64,000 bases of DNA from Geosiphon pyriformis uo1 (taxonomy: Eukaryota; Fungi; Glomeromycota). Each line of letters starts with the position of its first letter. Positions within the stretch are counted from its first letter, which is position 1. Below are positions 13,441 to 26,694 of the stretch, piece after piece. A model generated the notes under the pieces. It was not told the origin of the DNA, searched no databases, and saw nothing but the letters and a program-made list of their open reading frames with translations. The translations under genes and the position numbers were made by a program. The stretch spans positions 248,001 to 312,000 of the forward strand of contig JAAOMT010000061.1 in assembly GCA_016748015.1 (NCBI GenBank), written 5' to 3'.

Positions 13441-14500
13441 CTATTTCAGTTCTTGCTCCTTGATAAGGTCAAAGAATGCGATATATTGTTCGTAGTTTAA
13501 ATAGGAGTTTGAATCTGAGTTGGAATCATTGTCATTGTTATAGCTATTTTGAACGGAACTAGAACTGTTATTTTTGTTATTATTGTTGTTGGAGTTTAAA
13601 TCGGGGTTGAAACTCGATTCCAATTCTGATGTGCAGCTGTTGATTGATTCTTCTTCTTCGGGAATCATGTAGATCATGCGTGGTGGTGGATTATAAATGA
13701 GATTACAATCATCACAGAATTGGAAGTTACATGAAATCAAACAGTGATCACATAATTGGGTGTTGATTTTTTCCAAGCATTGCTTTTGCTCTTTTCTCGT
13801 GGATGCTAGATTCTGATAGTGTTTATGAAATTCTTCTGGGCTGTTTTTTAAGTCGATAAAGGCATTCAGGTTGAGAACCAAAACAATGTCTGTTGGTTCT
13901 GAAGAGTTATTCTTGATCTTCAGAATTTTACTGGACAAAGTGTCTTCTATTTTGGCATTGGCCATTTGCCAGATCTTGTCCTCGTTATGTGGATAGCTAT
14001 CTAAGCAGAATATAGCTTGGTGTCATGCTGCTGTGATGAGCATATCACAACTCACCCAATTGCTAATAAAGATTGTGTATTGGCACAAAGTGTCGCACAT
14101 TCCTCCTCAACCAGAAATGTCATTTCACATTTTTTCATCAAGTAATTGTTCACTGCAAGCAAGACATGATTCATTGTTCCACTTGCCTTGTCTTTTTGGG
14201 TAGCCATATCGTTCCTTATAGCAGGGCTTGTAATAGTAATAGGTTCACATCCAGTAGTTTTCATCTAGCGTTACCCAAGCTCCCATTGAGAACAGTTTCT
14301 TCCCACAGTCTTTGCATTTGAGAGGTATATATGGCAGCTTTTTTATTGGTTCATGTGAGTATTCTTTTTTCCAGCCACTAATTATTTCTTCTGCAGTGGT
14401 AATTTCTTCAGATAGGTTCTTCTTTTTGTTTCTTCTTTCTGTTGTTGTTGTTGTTCCAGATGAGTATTGGTGACAGTTCGTTGTGATTAACATTGGCCCA
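13441..14500 (-). pseudogene. Cys-rich (putative zinc-binding) and low-complexity insert in Gypsy-1 pol
   Basis: One reading frame across internal stops gives CKDC...KPC, CLAC...CDTLC and CDHC..C...CDDC, followed by an acidic/Asn-Ser-rich tract. Confidence 0.65.
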
Positions 14501-14619
14501 CAAGACTTGGTACACTTCCCAGGTGGGTTTCACTTTTTCTTTCTCGAATTTGATAAGTGGTGTTGATGGCGTGGTGATGGGCTTAAAGTGGCTACATGTG
14601 GCTGGTACCTGTGTGTGTT

Positions 14620-14960
14620 GACTATTCTGGCTAAGCTGAAGCTTTTGGGTGTTCTAATCTAAGGTCGCATTGGTTTTGGACAGCCAGTTGTTCCCAATGA
14701 GTGCTTGGTATTGAGTGGCCTCCATGACGAGTACTTTGATTGGTACTATAATGCCATTGACTTCTATGGATAAATCATCAATCTCTCCAATGGGTGTTTT
14801 AGTTGCTCCATCAGCTGTAATAATCCTGGCGCTAACAGCGTGATCAACTCGGCAACCTAATTGATTCATGAGTTGTCTTGTGATGATGCTGCCAGCTGAT
14901 CCACTATTCAGGATCAGTTTGATAGAATGACCATTAACTTTCACATTAGTGTACATTGCA
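14620..14960 (-). pseudogene. pol: Aspartic protease of Gypsy-1
   Basis: LILNSGSAGSII (DSG changed to NSG by G>A), IITADG flap, LIGNNWL. Confidence 0.9.
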
Positions 14961-15199
14961 GTAATGGGTTTTTCCTTAAGTGCTGCTCTACTAAACAAAG
15001 ATGAGTTAATGGTTTCTTTCTATTCGAAAGGAAAGATGGCTGCGAGAGATTCGTTTTTGGTAACCATTGCTGGTGGAATATTATTGGTAAATGTTGTTTG
15101 AGGTGGGTTGGATTCCGAGTTGTTGGTGGTGGCATCTTCTGGGGTAACTAGAAGACTTAAATAGTTCTGGGAATTCGGGTTTTGGGTGGAACCAATACC

Positions 15200-17400
15200 C
15201 GGATTCTGCTGTCGAGAGCCTAATGGTTGGTGAGAGGAGCTGGAGATCAGTTAATGAACAACTATCGCCAATCTCCAGTTTTGAGTGATTTTAGGCCTTG
15301 GGTTTCCTGATATTATTTGAGTGGAGTTTTAGAGTGGTGTTTAAATTGGTTGTTGGGGCTGATAAATTATTTGGGGCTGTGGCTAATAAATTACCAGTGG
15401 CTGTGGTTAATAAATTAAAGATTGATATACTGGTGGTTGATAGATTGGTTGCTGTGTCATTGGCAAGTAAGTGGTTTGATATTGGTCTTGATTTGGGTAG
15501 TGATTCTGAGTCTGAAATCTGTGATTGGAGTTTCAATATTGATTTCCCGATCATGGATTGTTACTATAAAATTGGCAGTCAGTTCTGATGTGATCTTGTT
15601 TATTACAGTTGTGGCAAACACACATTTCTGGCTGCCACAGCTGATTGGATAATAATAACGATGATGATGTTGATGGACATGGCTGATTTTGGAAACAATT
15701 TGTGTTTCCTGAATTATTGCGTCATTGTGGTGGTTGATAGATTGCACGATTGTCAGCTAAGTATCCCTCTAGTTTCTGATTAATTGTATCACTGAATTGT
15801 TTTAGTTTGGAATCCAAGTCAGATGATCTGTTCATCACTAAATTTACAGCTTGGGTGTGGTTGGCTTCTAGCTTGGCTGCTTCAAAATCTCTGACATGGA
15901 TGATGGCAGTTGGGAGATCAACTAGATGCATTGGATGTACTCGCTAAAGGATGCTACTGCACAAACCTCTAATGAACTGGTTCAAGATCTGTGGCACTGT
16001 AAAGTAATCAGGTTGAATTGCCTGAATTTGGTGCAGATTTCTATGGAAGTGTCCCAAGTAAGTGGTAACTGCTTCTGTGTTCCCTTGTTTGATGGTAGTG
16101 AATGTGTTGGTCAAGTGATTGATACTATTGTTATTACTAAAGTATCTTAAAAATTCTGTTTTGAACTTATTAAAGGTTTGTGGTTTGGCAGTTAGACTCT
16201 AATACCATGAGTTGGCAGTATCTTTGAGAAAATAGGGGATCACTTGAAGGGCTCTACCATTGTTCCATCCATTGGCCACTATGGCTTTTTCAATGTTATT
16301 AAGCCATATTTGGGCGTTGTCCTTTTTACCAGTAAAATTGTCAAGTTTTGCAATTAGTGCATAGGCCATTGGATTTAAGTTGGATTGTTGTGGTGGTAGT
16401 TGAAGTGGTTGTTGTTGCACGGGTTGTTGGGATGGTAGTTAAAGTGGCAGTTGTAAGGGTTTGGTTATTGAATTAATTGGTGGTTGATTGATGACAATTA
16501 CTGGAGATAAGTTTTGTTGATTTATTAAATCAGGGTTTCGATTATTCTGAGTTGGTGGTGTCTGAATATTCTGAGTTTCAATTTCCAGATTTTCTGGGTT
16601 TAGATTTTGCTGGGTTTGAAGATTCAGAGTTTCAAATTCTGGATTTTCAGCAATCAGGTTCTGGTAAGTGAATTCTTGATCTTCAGCTTTTTTTTCTTCT
16701 TCTTCTTCTAATTCCATTACTTTTCACAGATTAGAAATTCCAAAATCTGGAGGAGACAGTGGCGATTGAAGTCCTGATGGCGTTGATGATCACGAGTTAA
16801 ATCCTTCAAAATACGCACTATATGGTCCTAATAACTCTGCTTTTCTTTGTTTACTTTGGAATGGGAATCATCCAAATGCTGATGTTGTGTTTGATGTGGC
16901 TGCACTGGTAGATGTAATATTAATGGCACTTCTAGATGTATAGTGGTATGATAGATTAGTTGGGGACTCAACTCTTGTTTTTTTCCAAGTAGATGGTTGT
17001 ATTCTTTTGGGTGTTACTGCTGGTGTTTGCAGTTTTCCTTTGCCTTTGTTCACATAAGTAATGGAGTATCTTTGCTGTGTGTGGTGTTCAATTTTTTTGT
17101 TGATTTCCATGATGATAGAGACAAAATTGTGATTTGTTGGCAAATTGGTATTTTAAATTAATTCACTATAAAAGGCTTCTCTTGCTGATTTGATATTTAC
17201 TGGTGTTCTTAATAGATGGACAATTTTTTCATTGACATAGAAATTGAAAGCTGATTCCATTGATATGTGGTTATGATTTAATCCCAAATGTTAACAGTAG
17301 TGTTGAAATAAGAATTTTGCAAATTCTAGATAGTTTGCTCCTATGTTTTCTGATTCTGCCACTTTTAGATTTATGTTGGTGCTGGTTCTCTATAGGATTA
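15200..17400 (-). pseudogene. gag: Gag of Gypsy-1
   Basis: Capsid-like KLDNFTGKKDNAQIWL...FLKDTANSWY, and a CCHC knuckle CHNCNKQDHIRTDC at ~15575-15616. Confidence 0.85.
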
Positions 17401-17402
17401 TA

Positions 17403-17419
17403 CCTCACAGGAAGCACTA
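17403..17419 (-). promoter_or_regulatory. Primer-binding site of Gypsy-1
   Basis: TAGTGCTTCCTGTGAGG (from TGGTGC...) lies 2 nt after the 5' LTR. It is complementary to a tRNA 3' end CCUCAC-AGGAAGC-A-CCA, resembling eukaryotic elongator tRNA-Met or tRNA-Ile(UAU). Confidence 0.8.
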
Positions 17420-17421
17420 AA

Positions 17422-18290
17422 TGTTACAGGTAACTATTTCTGGTGTTGGATTAAATAACAAACCCATAACTTGGTGTTCAAATCTAGTTGCAGTTGATAG
17501 TAATCTGATGGTTTGTGTTTGAAGGTTTGTATTTGAAGGGTTTAATTGAGTTCTTTGTATAATGAACAGAGATTCAATGGTAATAGTTTTATTTGTAGCT
17601 TCCCGAAACCACAGTTTTGTCAATTTTTTTCTCAGCTTAATGGCCAGTATTCTTCCTGATAAGCTATTCTCAATCGAGTGTTCTACCCTTATTTCTGGGT
17701 CTTTTACCAGTCATGTTTATCCTGATATCAGTACCCCATATGTTAATTCTCAATAGAATTAGTAAACAACAATAAAATCAAAGCAAAAAATAAAGAAAAA
17801 AAAATAAAATAAAGAAAAAAAAAAATAAGCCAAGGCAATTTACAAGTTAGTATTCTGTCAATAGCCATGATCAAGAGCTATTGTTCTAGTATAGTTAACT
17901 ATCAATTACTATCAACATAAAGTGTTAATAGTGGCAGCAGGTTTGAGATAACAAACAGTTATTTATTTGTAGTTTGAAAAGTTGTCCAGATGAAATCTAA
18001 ACTGAGAGGTCTGTCTTTTTAGCTTCTAATCTTACTGCTATATATACATAATTGAGATTCCTCAATTCTTCAATTCTTTACAACAAGAATTCTGGGATTT
18101 CTGGAATCCTGCAATTCCTTTGAGAGGAATTCTGGAATTCTAGAATCCTGTGATTCCTTGTGAGAATCCTGTAATTTCTGGAATTCTGTAATTCTTGAGA
18201 AAAATCCTAGAATTCCACATTTTACTATGTTTATTTCTGATTGGTTAATAACTATGCTAATATATATTCTCTATATTTCTATAAGTAACA
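17422..18290 (-). repeat. 5' LTR of Gypsy-1
   Basis: TGTTACAGG...AGTAACA; direct repeat of 8195-9047. Confidence 0.95.
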
Positions 18291-18449
18291 ATGTTTTATA
18301 AAATTAATAATAATTTTTAATATTTTTTAAAGCATTTTTAATTAAAAAAATTAAATTAAGATGTTTTTAATACCAAAAAATTGTTTTTATAAAAAACATT
18401 AAACTTGTTATAAACAAAAAAAATTTTTTTTGGGTGTTTTAATTAATAT

Positions 18450-19174
18450 TGTTATGATTAAAACTCATACTTTTTATTAGTTATTACATATATTAGCCAC
18501 TAATATCATATAATTAGCCACCCTAATTTTAGATAGTAATTATTAGTCTGATTAATAAACTAATTTTTAATCTAATTATTGATTTAATTATTGATCTAAT
18601 TATTGACCTAATTGCTAATTTGGTTTTTAACTATTTTCAATAGCTATATAAGCAATAGATTTTTTAGCTATATAAGCAATAGATTTTTTAGCTATAAAAA
18701 AGTATGTACAAATTAATGAAAGCAAAGAAATAAAATAACAACTTTATCTCAATTTTTCTTTTTTCACTAATTTTTTTTCTTATTTTCAAGTATCTGAACA
18801 TTTTGGGATAAAAAATTACTTGTTGGCATTTACTTATTTTTTTTTTGACTTGAATATTTATAGTATTTGAAGATTATTAAATAAAATGTGACTAAAAAAT
18901 ATATCTAATACCTAATATTAAATTCTAATAGCATTAATATAAGACATAAAATTATACCAATGTATTATTATTTGTTGACAATATAAATTATTTCTCTACT
19001 TTCGGATTTTTTAGTTATTTTTTAAAAAGAAATATTTTATAAGATTGATTTTACACATTGAATTTATACTCATTCAATTTGCTTCTTAAAGTTGAAATCT
19101 CTTTGATCAATTTTATCATCCTACAATTCTGTTTTTTTTTGTTATCTATTAGTTTATTACTCTAACTCATAACA
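18450..19174 (+). repeat. 5' LTR of Gypsy-2
   Basis: Inverted termini TGTTATGA...TCATAACA; direct repeat of 26071-26694; internal 12-mer and TATA-containing tandem repeats. Confidence 0.9.
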
Positions 19175-19180
19175 TAAAAG

Positions 19181-19197
19181 TGGTGTTTCTTGTAAAG
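19181..19197 (+). promoter_or_regulatory. Primer-binding site of Gypsy-2
   Basis: TGGTGTTTCTTGTAAAG differs from TGGTGCTTCCTGTGAGG (Gypsy-1 PBS) only by C>T/G>A changes. Confidence 0.75.
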
Positions 19198-19289
19198 TTG
19201 TCAAAATTTACTTATTTTTTTATTGTATAGGTGATTATTTATATCTATTATAATAATCAGAAAAACACTTTACAATACACAACAGAAAT

Positions 19290-22200
19290 GACCTAGATTT
19301 TATTATACTTAATTCTTTGTCTTCTTGCTTGATCTGTTTTCCTCTTAAAAAACAATCCAGTAGACAATTTCAAAACTTTTAGAACTGATTATTAAACAAG
19401 CACTTAGCTGAAATCTACACAATTTACACAACTTATTTCTTTGACCAAGCTTACTTTAAAGACAATTTTGAAGAAAAAAACAATAACATCAATTAGTTTT
19501 TATATTCAACAATTTTTAAACAACAGCTTTCTGATTTTGAATATCTGAATTATCAAATTCACATCTGGATTGTTGCTTATCAATTGGCTGAAACTTTCTT
19601 TAAAGCAAAAGAAAAAAGCTATTAAACTGCTTCTATTTTTGATTTCTTCTCAAGTAATTCAAATTATTCTACACAAACTGCTACTCCTAAACCAATGGCT
19701 CCTGATCTTATACAAACAAACATCCTAGCTGCTCTTCAAAATATACAAACTGTTTTAGGGTAAAGAAACAATACCCTATTACCACTATTTAAAGGTGATG
19801 TTTAAGATCTAATTGAATGGTTAAACAATTTTAAAAGAGCAGTTACTGCAAATTAGTATAATACAAAATACAAGTTTTAAATTGTTGGTGGTTATCTTTA
19901 AAGCTCTTTTGCTATTTGGTTTTCACAAAAAACTAATGCTGGTGCTTACCAAAGAATCATTAAATGAACATAAACAAATACTGGAGAAGAAAACATCTCT
20001 TTTATCATTTAGTTTGAAAACAAATTCAAAACTTTTATTTTAATTTTAAAATGACATATAAAATTAGAAAAAAAAACTTAAAGTCCTAGTAAAGTTGTAA
20101 CTGAATATGTCAAAGCAATCAGAAAATTAATTAAATGAGCAGACTTTAAAAAAAATTGGGCAGAAGATCAAAAGATCTATTTTTTTACAAAAGAATTGAA
20201 AACTGATCTTTTATATGCTTTTTGGTCTTTTTTGGCTTTAAAAAATAATCTAATAATAAACATGGCTATTAAACTTGCTCAGAGAATTAAAAATAATCAA
20301 AAAATGCACTTGGAATTTACTTTTTCAGCTTTTGTTTCTGCTTTTCAAATGGCTACTACTTCTTTTATTGCTCAAACACAAGACCCAAATAAACAGTTAA
20401 TAGATAAACTTACAGCAAATTTTGCTTAGCTATTAGAATCTTTGGCACAAACAGTCAAAAATAATTAGCAACCACAAAGATCCAAATTTGAACTACACTT
20501 CAATTAGTCTTAGCAACTATCTTATCAAAGACAACAAAATTGTGGCCCATCTGTGTGCTATTATTGTGAATTAACTAAACATTTTTTTAGAGATTACAAC
20601 AATCCCCTCTTGCTCTTTTTAGCTTTTAGAAACAATAATAATTAGAACAACAAACTTAACAACAATAATGTTTTCAATCAAAGATTTAATCATGTCAACA
20701 TTAATTTTTTTGGGGAGGATTTTTTAGTTGAAACTACAGTTTAACCTAACTAATAATAATTATAATATAGATAAATTAGTAATCAATCTCTCTAATTCAA
20801 CAAGAAAAAAAGAAAGCCAAGATTGATTTTGCTCTGAATTCCAATAAAGCTTTTACATTAACTATTAACAACAATAAGTCACTAAAAGCAAAAATCTTCA
20901 AAAAATTTTTCAAAGCTAAAACCTCCAGAAATTATACAAAAATCTGGTCTTTATTTTATTGTTAAAGATTTTATAGAAACACTAGTTCATATTACTTTTG
21001 GCCAGTTAATGACCTATTTACAGTTTAAAAAAATTTTCACAAATTCTTAATCTCAAAGAAAAAGACATCTAAAACTAACAAACACTTTTGCCAAGTTGAA
21101 CTTGTTGATAACAACAATATTACTTTTTTGATTTGCAAAGTCCAAATGACTAAATACTTTATTAATTTGATCTTAGACAGTAAATTATCTGTTAGTGTAA
21201 TTGCCAAATATTTTCTTAAAATTATTGGTAAAAAAATTGATGAACTTATAACCAGACCTATAACCAATATACATAATGACAAAAAAAAAAGCTTAGTATA
21301 GCCAAAGCTGTCCCTGTTTGCATTAATAACATCAGTATTAAAACTGACATGAAAGTTTCTAAAGTTAAAAAATACACTATTATTATTGGTAATAAATAGT
21401 TTAAGAAAACAAAAGTCTTACTTGACTATAAACTTTATAAGCTAATCATCAAATATGGTAAAAAGTCCATTGTGATTAAATGTCAACATTAGACAACTTT
21501 TTTAATGCCCAAACAAGATTCAAAAGAAAAACAATTAGATGAATCAGATAATAAAAAAAGCAAAGAAGAAGAAAATGAAAAAGAACAAAAAAAAACTGCT
21601 GAATTTATTTACACTATTTTTATCAACAATAACAAACTACTGAATAATATTAAAGCTAACAAAAAAGAAATTATTGTAAATAGCAAGCTAATCTATTAGT
21701 TATACTATGATATACTCAAAAAAATCTTTAACAAAAAGCCAAATACAGTTATTGGTAATATGGCCTTTATGTTTGGTACTAGTACATAAGCCATTGTATT
21801 CTTCCAGTAATAAATTCAAATCCTGCTTGATTTATTACAAAGATTAGAAATCAATCAGTTTAATACCACAAGATAAAATAAAAGAAGTACAAAAGTTCTT
21901 TGAGAATAAATTATCAAAGATACAATCATTTATAATAGAACAAAAAAACTCTTTTCAGAAAAAAAAAGATAGACATTAAAAATCTATTGGCTAAAAACAG
22001 TTCAGTTTATCTCAAAAAAAAATAATACTCTTGTATGTACTCATATAATACAACACACTATTATAATCAAAGAAATTCACTCTATTTACCTAAAATCTTA
22101 TTAGTCTAATTGTTATAATGACAAGTTTATCAAGAAAAAAATAAACCAGAAAAATCTTGAATTCATACAAGAAACCAAGAGTAAATAAGCTTTTCCAATT

Positions 22201-25200
22201 ATAGTGGTATCCAAAAAAGGTAAAACTCTATGCTTTTGTATTAATTATTGACAATTAAATATCATCACTAAAAGAAACATATATTTACTTTCCAAAATTG
22301 ATGCAATATTAAACAAATTCAATAGTGCTGTTTTTTTCTCAATTATTGACTTAACTGCTGAATTTTGGCAAATAAAAATGAATCTAAAAAGCAGAAAAAA
22401 AACTGTTTTTATCACTAAATATGGCACTTATGAATTTACAGTCATGTTTTTTGGTCTCATCAATGTTCCTTCTATCTTTCAATACTTAATAAACAAAGTA
22501 TTTAAATTAGTAAAAAAAAACTTTGTTTTGGTCTATTTAAATAATATAAAGGTATATTTAAAAACTTGAAATAAATATCTAAAACATCTACAAAAAGTTT
22601 TTGATTTTTTTAAAAATGCTGGCCTTAAAATTAACCCAATCAAATTTTTCTTTAAATGACAATCTACCCATTTTCTTGGTTATCTTATTACTGAAATACA
22701 TATTAATAAAAAGCATTTAAAACTTTGAAAAAAAAATTGGTTACAGAACTTATCTTTATACAACCTAATTTGGATCAATCTTTTATTCTTTATACTGATA
22801 TATCTAGCTATAAACTTGGTATTGTTTTCTTACAAAAAAATAAAAATGACAAAGAATATGTTATAACATATACAAGTAAAACACTCTCATCGGCAAAACA
22901 GAATCATTCAATTACTAAACAAAAATACTTAGCAGTAATTTGGACTACTAATTACTGGGATAAATATCTTTTTGGTATGAAGTTTTTAATAGTAACAAAT
23001 TATCAAGCTTTGGTTTGGCTATACAACAAAAAGATGCTGGAACATAAACAAATAATTTATTAAATATTCTATTTAGATAAATTCAACTATAATATTTAAT
23101 ATTGCAAAGAAGCAAATCATCAAAATGCTAATACTTTTTTTAAACTTATTATCCAGTAACAGTACAATTTTTTTAAAACCAAATCAATCTAATTATTAAT
23201 AACTCTTTTTTAATCAAATATGATAATAGACTTAGATAATTACTCTGTCTTAATAAAATTTCTAAGTAAAAAACAATATCTATTGAATTATACTTGACAG
23301 CAAAAAAAACATTTGTACAAACAATTAAATTTTTATTTAATCTGCCAAAACCAATTTTACAAAAAATTCTAACCACCTCCAAAAAGTTATTAGATTTAAA
23401 AAAAAATTGTGATCTATAACATGTACACAAATTTATTAGCTAGATATTTTGAAAAAACAAAAACCATTTAAAAAATATTAACTTGTTATTATTGGCCTAT
23501 CTTAAGAAAAAATATTATTAAGTACATCAAAATCTGTAATATTTGCCAAAAAAAAGGAAATTTTAATTGCAAAAAAGATATTCATTCAATTTCTGTTAAT
23601 CAACTATTTAACAAAATTGGTATAAATGTTGTTGAACTTTTAACAGTAACTTTTAATGACAACAAATATATTATTATAGCTACTAATTATCTTATAAAAT
23701 AGGTAAAAGCAAGAGCCACTTCAGACCAAACAGCAGTCTTTATAGCCAATTTCATTTTTAAAAATATTATTTGTTACTATAATTGTCCCAAAAAACTTTT
23801 ATTTGATAGAAAAAGAGCTTTTTTCAATATACTAGTGTTACTCATAAAAAGAAAACAGATATAGAAAAACAGTAGACCAATAAGAGAGTAGTAGTTAACA
23901 TATAAGCATATTACTCAGCAATGTGGAGCAATGTCAAAAATCATGGCACATTGCTCAGCAATGTAAACATTGCTTGAGAAATTATAGAACATTGCTTGAG
24001 AATGTGAGCAATCTTGTAGAACTCAAATTATGTATATATAGCAGTAGTATCAGAAGTTAAAAAATTAGGGAAAAAGACTCAAAGTCAATTGATTCGCAGA
24101 GTCAATTAGACTCGCAAATCATAATTATTAAAAATAAAAAAAAATAAAAAAAAAAAAAAAGAATCTTTTAGTTAGAAATCTCTCATTCCCAAATATCGAA
24201 TAAATAAATTATTTACCATCCAAATCCACTCTTCACTATCAACACTCCATGTTGATAGCAATTGATACTTAATCACACTGGAACAATAGCTCTTGATTAT
24301 GGCTATTGATGAATACTAACTTGTGTATTGCCTTGGCTTATTTCTTATTTTATTTTTTTTTTCTTTTATTTTTGATTTTGTTATTTCTAACTCTATTGAG
24401 AATTAATACGCAAAGTACTGATGTCAAAATATAGCACTGGTAAAAGACCCAAGAATAAGGGTAGAACACTTGATTGAAGATAGCTTACCAGGAGAAATAC
24501 CAGCCATCAAGCTGAGAAAAAAATTGATGAAACTGCAGTTTTGGGAAGCTACAGATAAAACTATTACAATTGAATCTCTGTTCATTATATAAAAGACTCA
24601 ACTAAAACCTTCAGATAAATACACCTTCAGATATTACCAACAACAGTATATCAATTGAGCACCAAGTTACAGGTTTGTTATTTGATTTGAGACCTCAAAT
24701 AAGCACCAGTAACACTGGTTAAAAAACTTTGTAAAAAAATAGGAATATATTATAAACTATTTTTTTCTTATTACTTTTAAACAAATAACCTAATAAAATG
24801 TTTTAACAGAATACTGTATGAAACATTAGCCAAAACCAATAAAAAAACAAACTTATAGAACAAAATGCTGCTTTCAATCTTATTTATTTATAGAACTGTG
24901 AATTATAACATAACAAGTTATAAATTTTTTTATCTGTTTTATAAATAAATAGCAGCTTTACCAATAAAAACTAATATTAAGACAATACTCTTTGAGAAAA
25001 TTACAATAAAAAATTACAAAAATATTTTACAAAAAAAACTTGGTGCTATTCTTGACTCTTTAGTAGAAGCATAAATAATTGTTTTTGAAAAAATAAAACA
25101 GTTTCAAAAAAAACATAAAAAAAAAAACATATAAAATACTTTTCTTAAGTATTAGTAACTTAGTTTTAGAATATCACTTAAAGAGAAACAATGTCTATAG

Positions 25201-25380
25201 TAATAAGTTTTTTAATCTGTGAAAAAAATTTTTTTTAGTCAACAAAGTTTTGAACAATAGTTTTTATATCTTAAAAGATTAATATAGAACAATCTTTAAT
25301 AATTATCTTGTTTATAGTACATAACTCAAAAAATATCACAAATGGTCTGATTAGTTATCTGTTGTGGTAATACTAATCTA
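19290..25380 (+). pseudogene. gag-pol of Gypsy-2 (many stops, deletion in RT/connection near 22700, solo LTR insertion)
   Basis: Gag PLFKGD...IEWLNNF, protease, RT KKTVFITKYGTYEFTVMFFG, RNase H FILYTDISS, integrase KIGINVVELL. Confidence 0.85.
23836..24714 (+). mobile_element. Solo LTR (Gypsy-1-related) inserted in the Gypsy-2 integrase
   Basis: TGTTACTC...AGTAACA, TSD CTAG/CTGG. The 3' half is the reverse complement of the Gypsy-1 LTR. The integrase frame resumes after it. Confidence 0.92.
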
Positions 25381-25445
25381 AATAATTAGCAAAAATTAGG
25401 TATAAATAAATACACTATTTCTAAACAAAGATATTTTTAATTAAC

Positions 25446-26060
25446 ATGAACAATTATTTTCTGAATTAAAACATTCAAAATGTCTTTTATACTCTTTATA
25501 AGTATTAAATTAATAACTATTCAAATGCTATTTTGATTATTAAAAAACAGACCATTATAATTGATAATAATAGAATACATACTGTTATTAGACCAAAAAA
25601 AACCACTACCAGAAAAGAAAAAATTGATAGCAAAATAAATAAATATTTACTAAAAAGTATAACAGCAGTAATACTTTTACTTTTCATTATAATTAAAAAA
25701 ACAATTAAGAAAATTTTGCCTATAAACAAAAACTTGTCATATAAAAGACAATTAAAACTCTATGGTTATCTTAATAAAATCATAGAAAATATAAAACTCT
25801 TAAAAAAACAACTTTAAAAATACAAGTAAAAATTTTGGATATTATATAATTAGATATTCCAAGAGTTTTGACCATTGTTAAAAGAACCAAAACTCTTATA
25901 CAAAGATTTGATCTCTTAGATACAAAACTTATTTTGTTTTAAGTATTATATATTTTATTTACAAAAAAATTCAACAAACTAGTTAGCTTTGAATTAAATA
26001 AAACTCTTCAAATAGAATACCTTATAAATAATTTGATTTTACTCAAGCTCAATCTCTTTA
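25446..26060 (+). pseudogene. Extra ORF (ORF3) between integrase and PPT of Gypsy-2, broken
   Basis: ATG at 25446 is in frame with ORF 25533-25817. Same position and similar length as Gypsy-1 ORF3. Confidence 0.45.
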
Positions 26061-26070
26061 GAAAAAATAA

Positions 26071-26694
26071 TAATATGATTAAAACTTATACTTTTATTAA
26101 TTATTACATGTATTAACCACTAATATTATATAATTAGCCATCTTATTTTTAGATAGTAATTAATAACTTAATTGTTAATCTGATTATTGACCTAGTTATT
26201 AACTTAATTGTTGACTATTTTTAATAGCTATATAAGCAATAAATCTCTTAGCTATAGAAAAGTATGTATAAATCAATAAAAACAAAAAAATAAAATAACA
26301 ACTCTTCTTTTCTTACTAATTTTTTTTTCTTTATCTTTAAGTATCTGAACATTTTAAAATAAAAAATTACTTGTTAATATTTAATTACTTTTTTTCTAAC
26401 TTGAATTATTGTAGTATTTAAAAATTATTGAATTCTAAGAGTGCTGATGTAAGACATAAAATTATACTAGTGTGTTATTATTTGTTAACAGTATAGATTA
26501 TCTTTCTACTTTCAGATTTTTCAATTATCTTTTGAAAAAAATAGTGACTAAAATATTTTATAAGACTGATCTTATATATTAAATTCATAATTATTCAATT
26601 TGTTTTTTGAAGTTAAAATCTCTTTGATTAATTCTATTACTCTACAATCCTGTTTTTTTTGTTATCTGTTAGCTTATTATTCTAATTTGTAATA
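26071..26694 (+). repeat. 3' LTR of Gypsy-2
   Basis: Direct repeat of 18450-19174 with decayed termini, preceded by a purine-rich tract. Confidence 0.88.

Larger units (their letters stand above)
8195..18290 (-). mobile_element. Full-length Ty3/Gypsy LTR retrotransposon (Gypsy-1), inactivated by stop codons
   Basis: Two direct LTRs (TGTTACA...GTAACA), 4-bp TSD ATGT at 8191-8194 and 18291-18294, PBS, PPT, and gag-PR-RT-RH-IN order on the minus strand. Confidence 0.96.
18450..26694 (+). mobile_element. Second Ty3/Gypsy element (Gypsy-2), more decayed, with a solo LTR in its integrase
   Basis: LTRs at 18450-19174 and 26071-26694, TSD ATAT/ATAC, PBS, Gag CCHC remnant (~20555-20600), PR LILDSK (~21165-21185), RT FGLIN and YLNN (22378 ORF), RNase H (22725 ORF), integrase. 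Confidence 0.92.
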
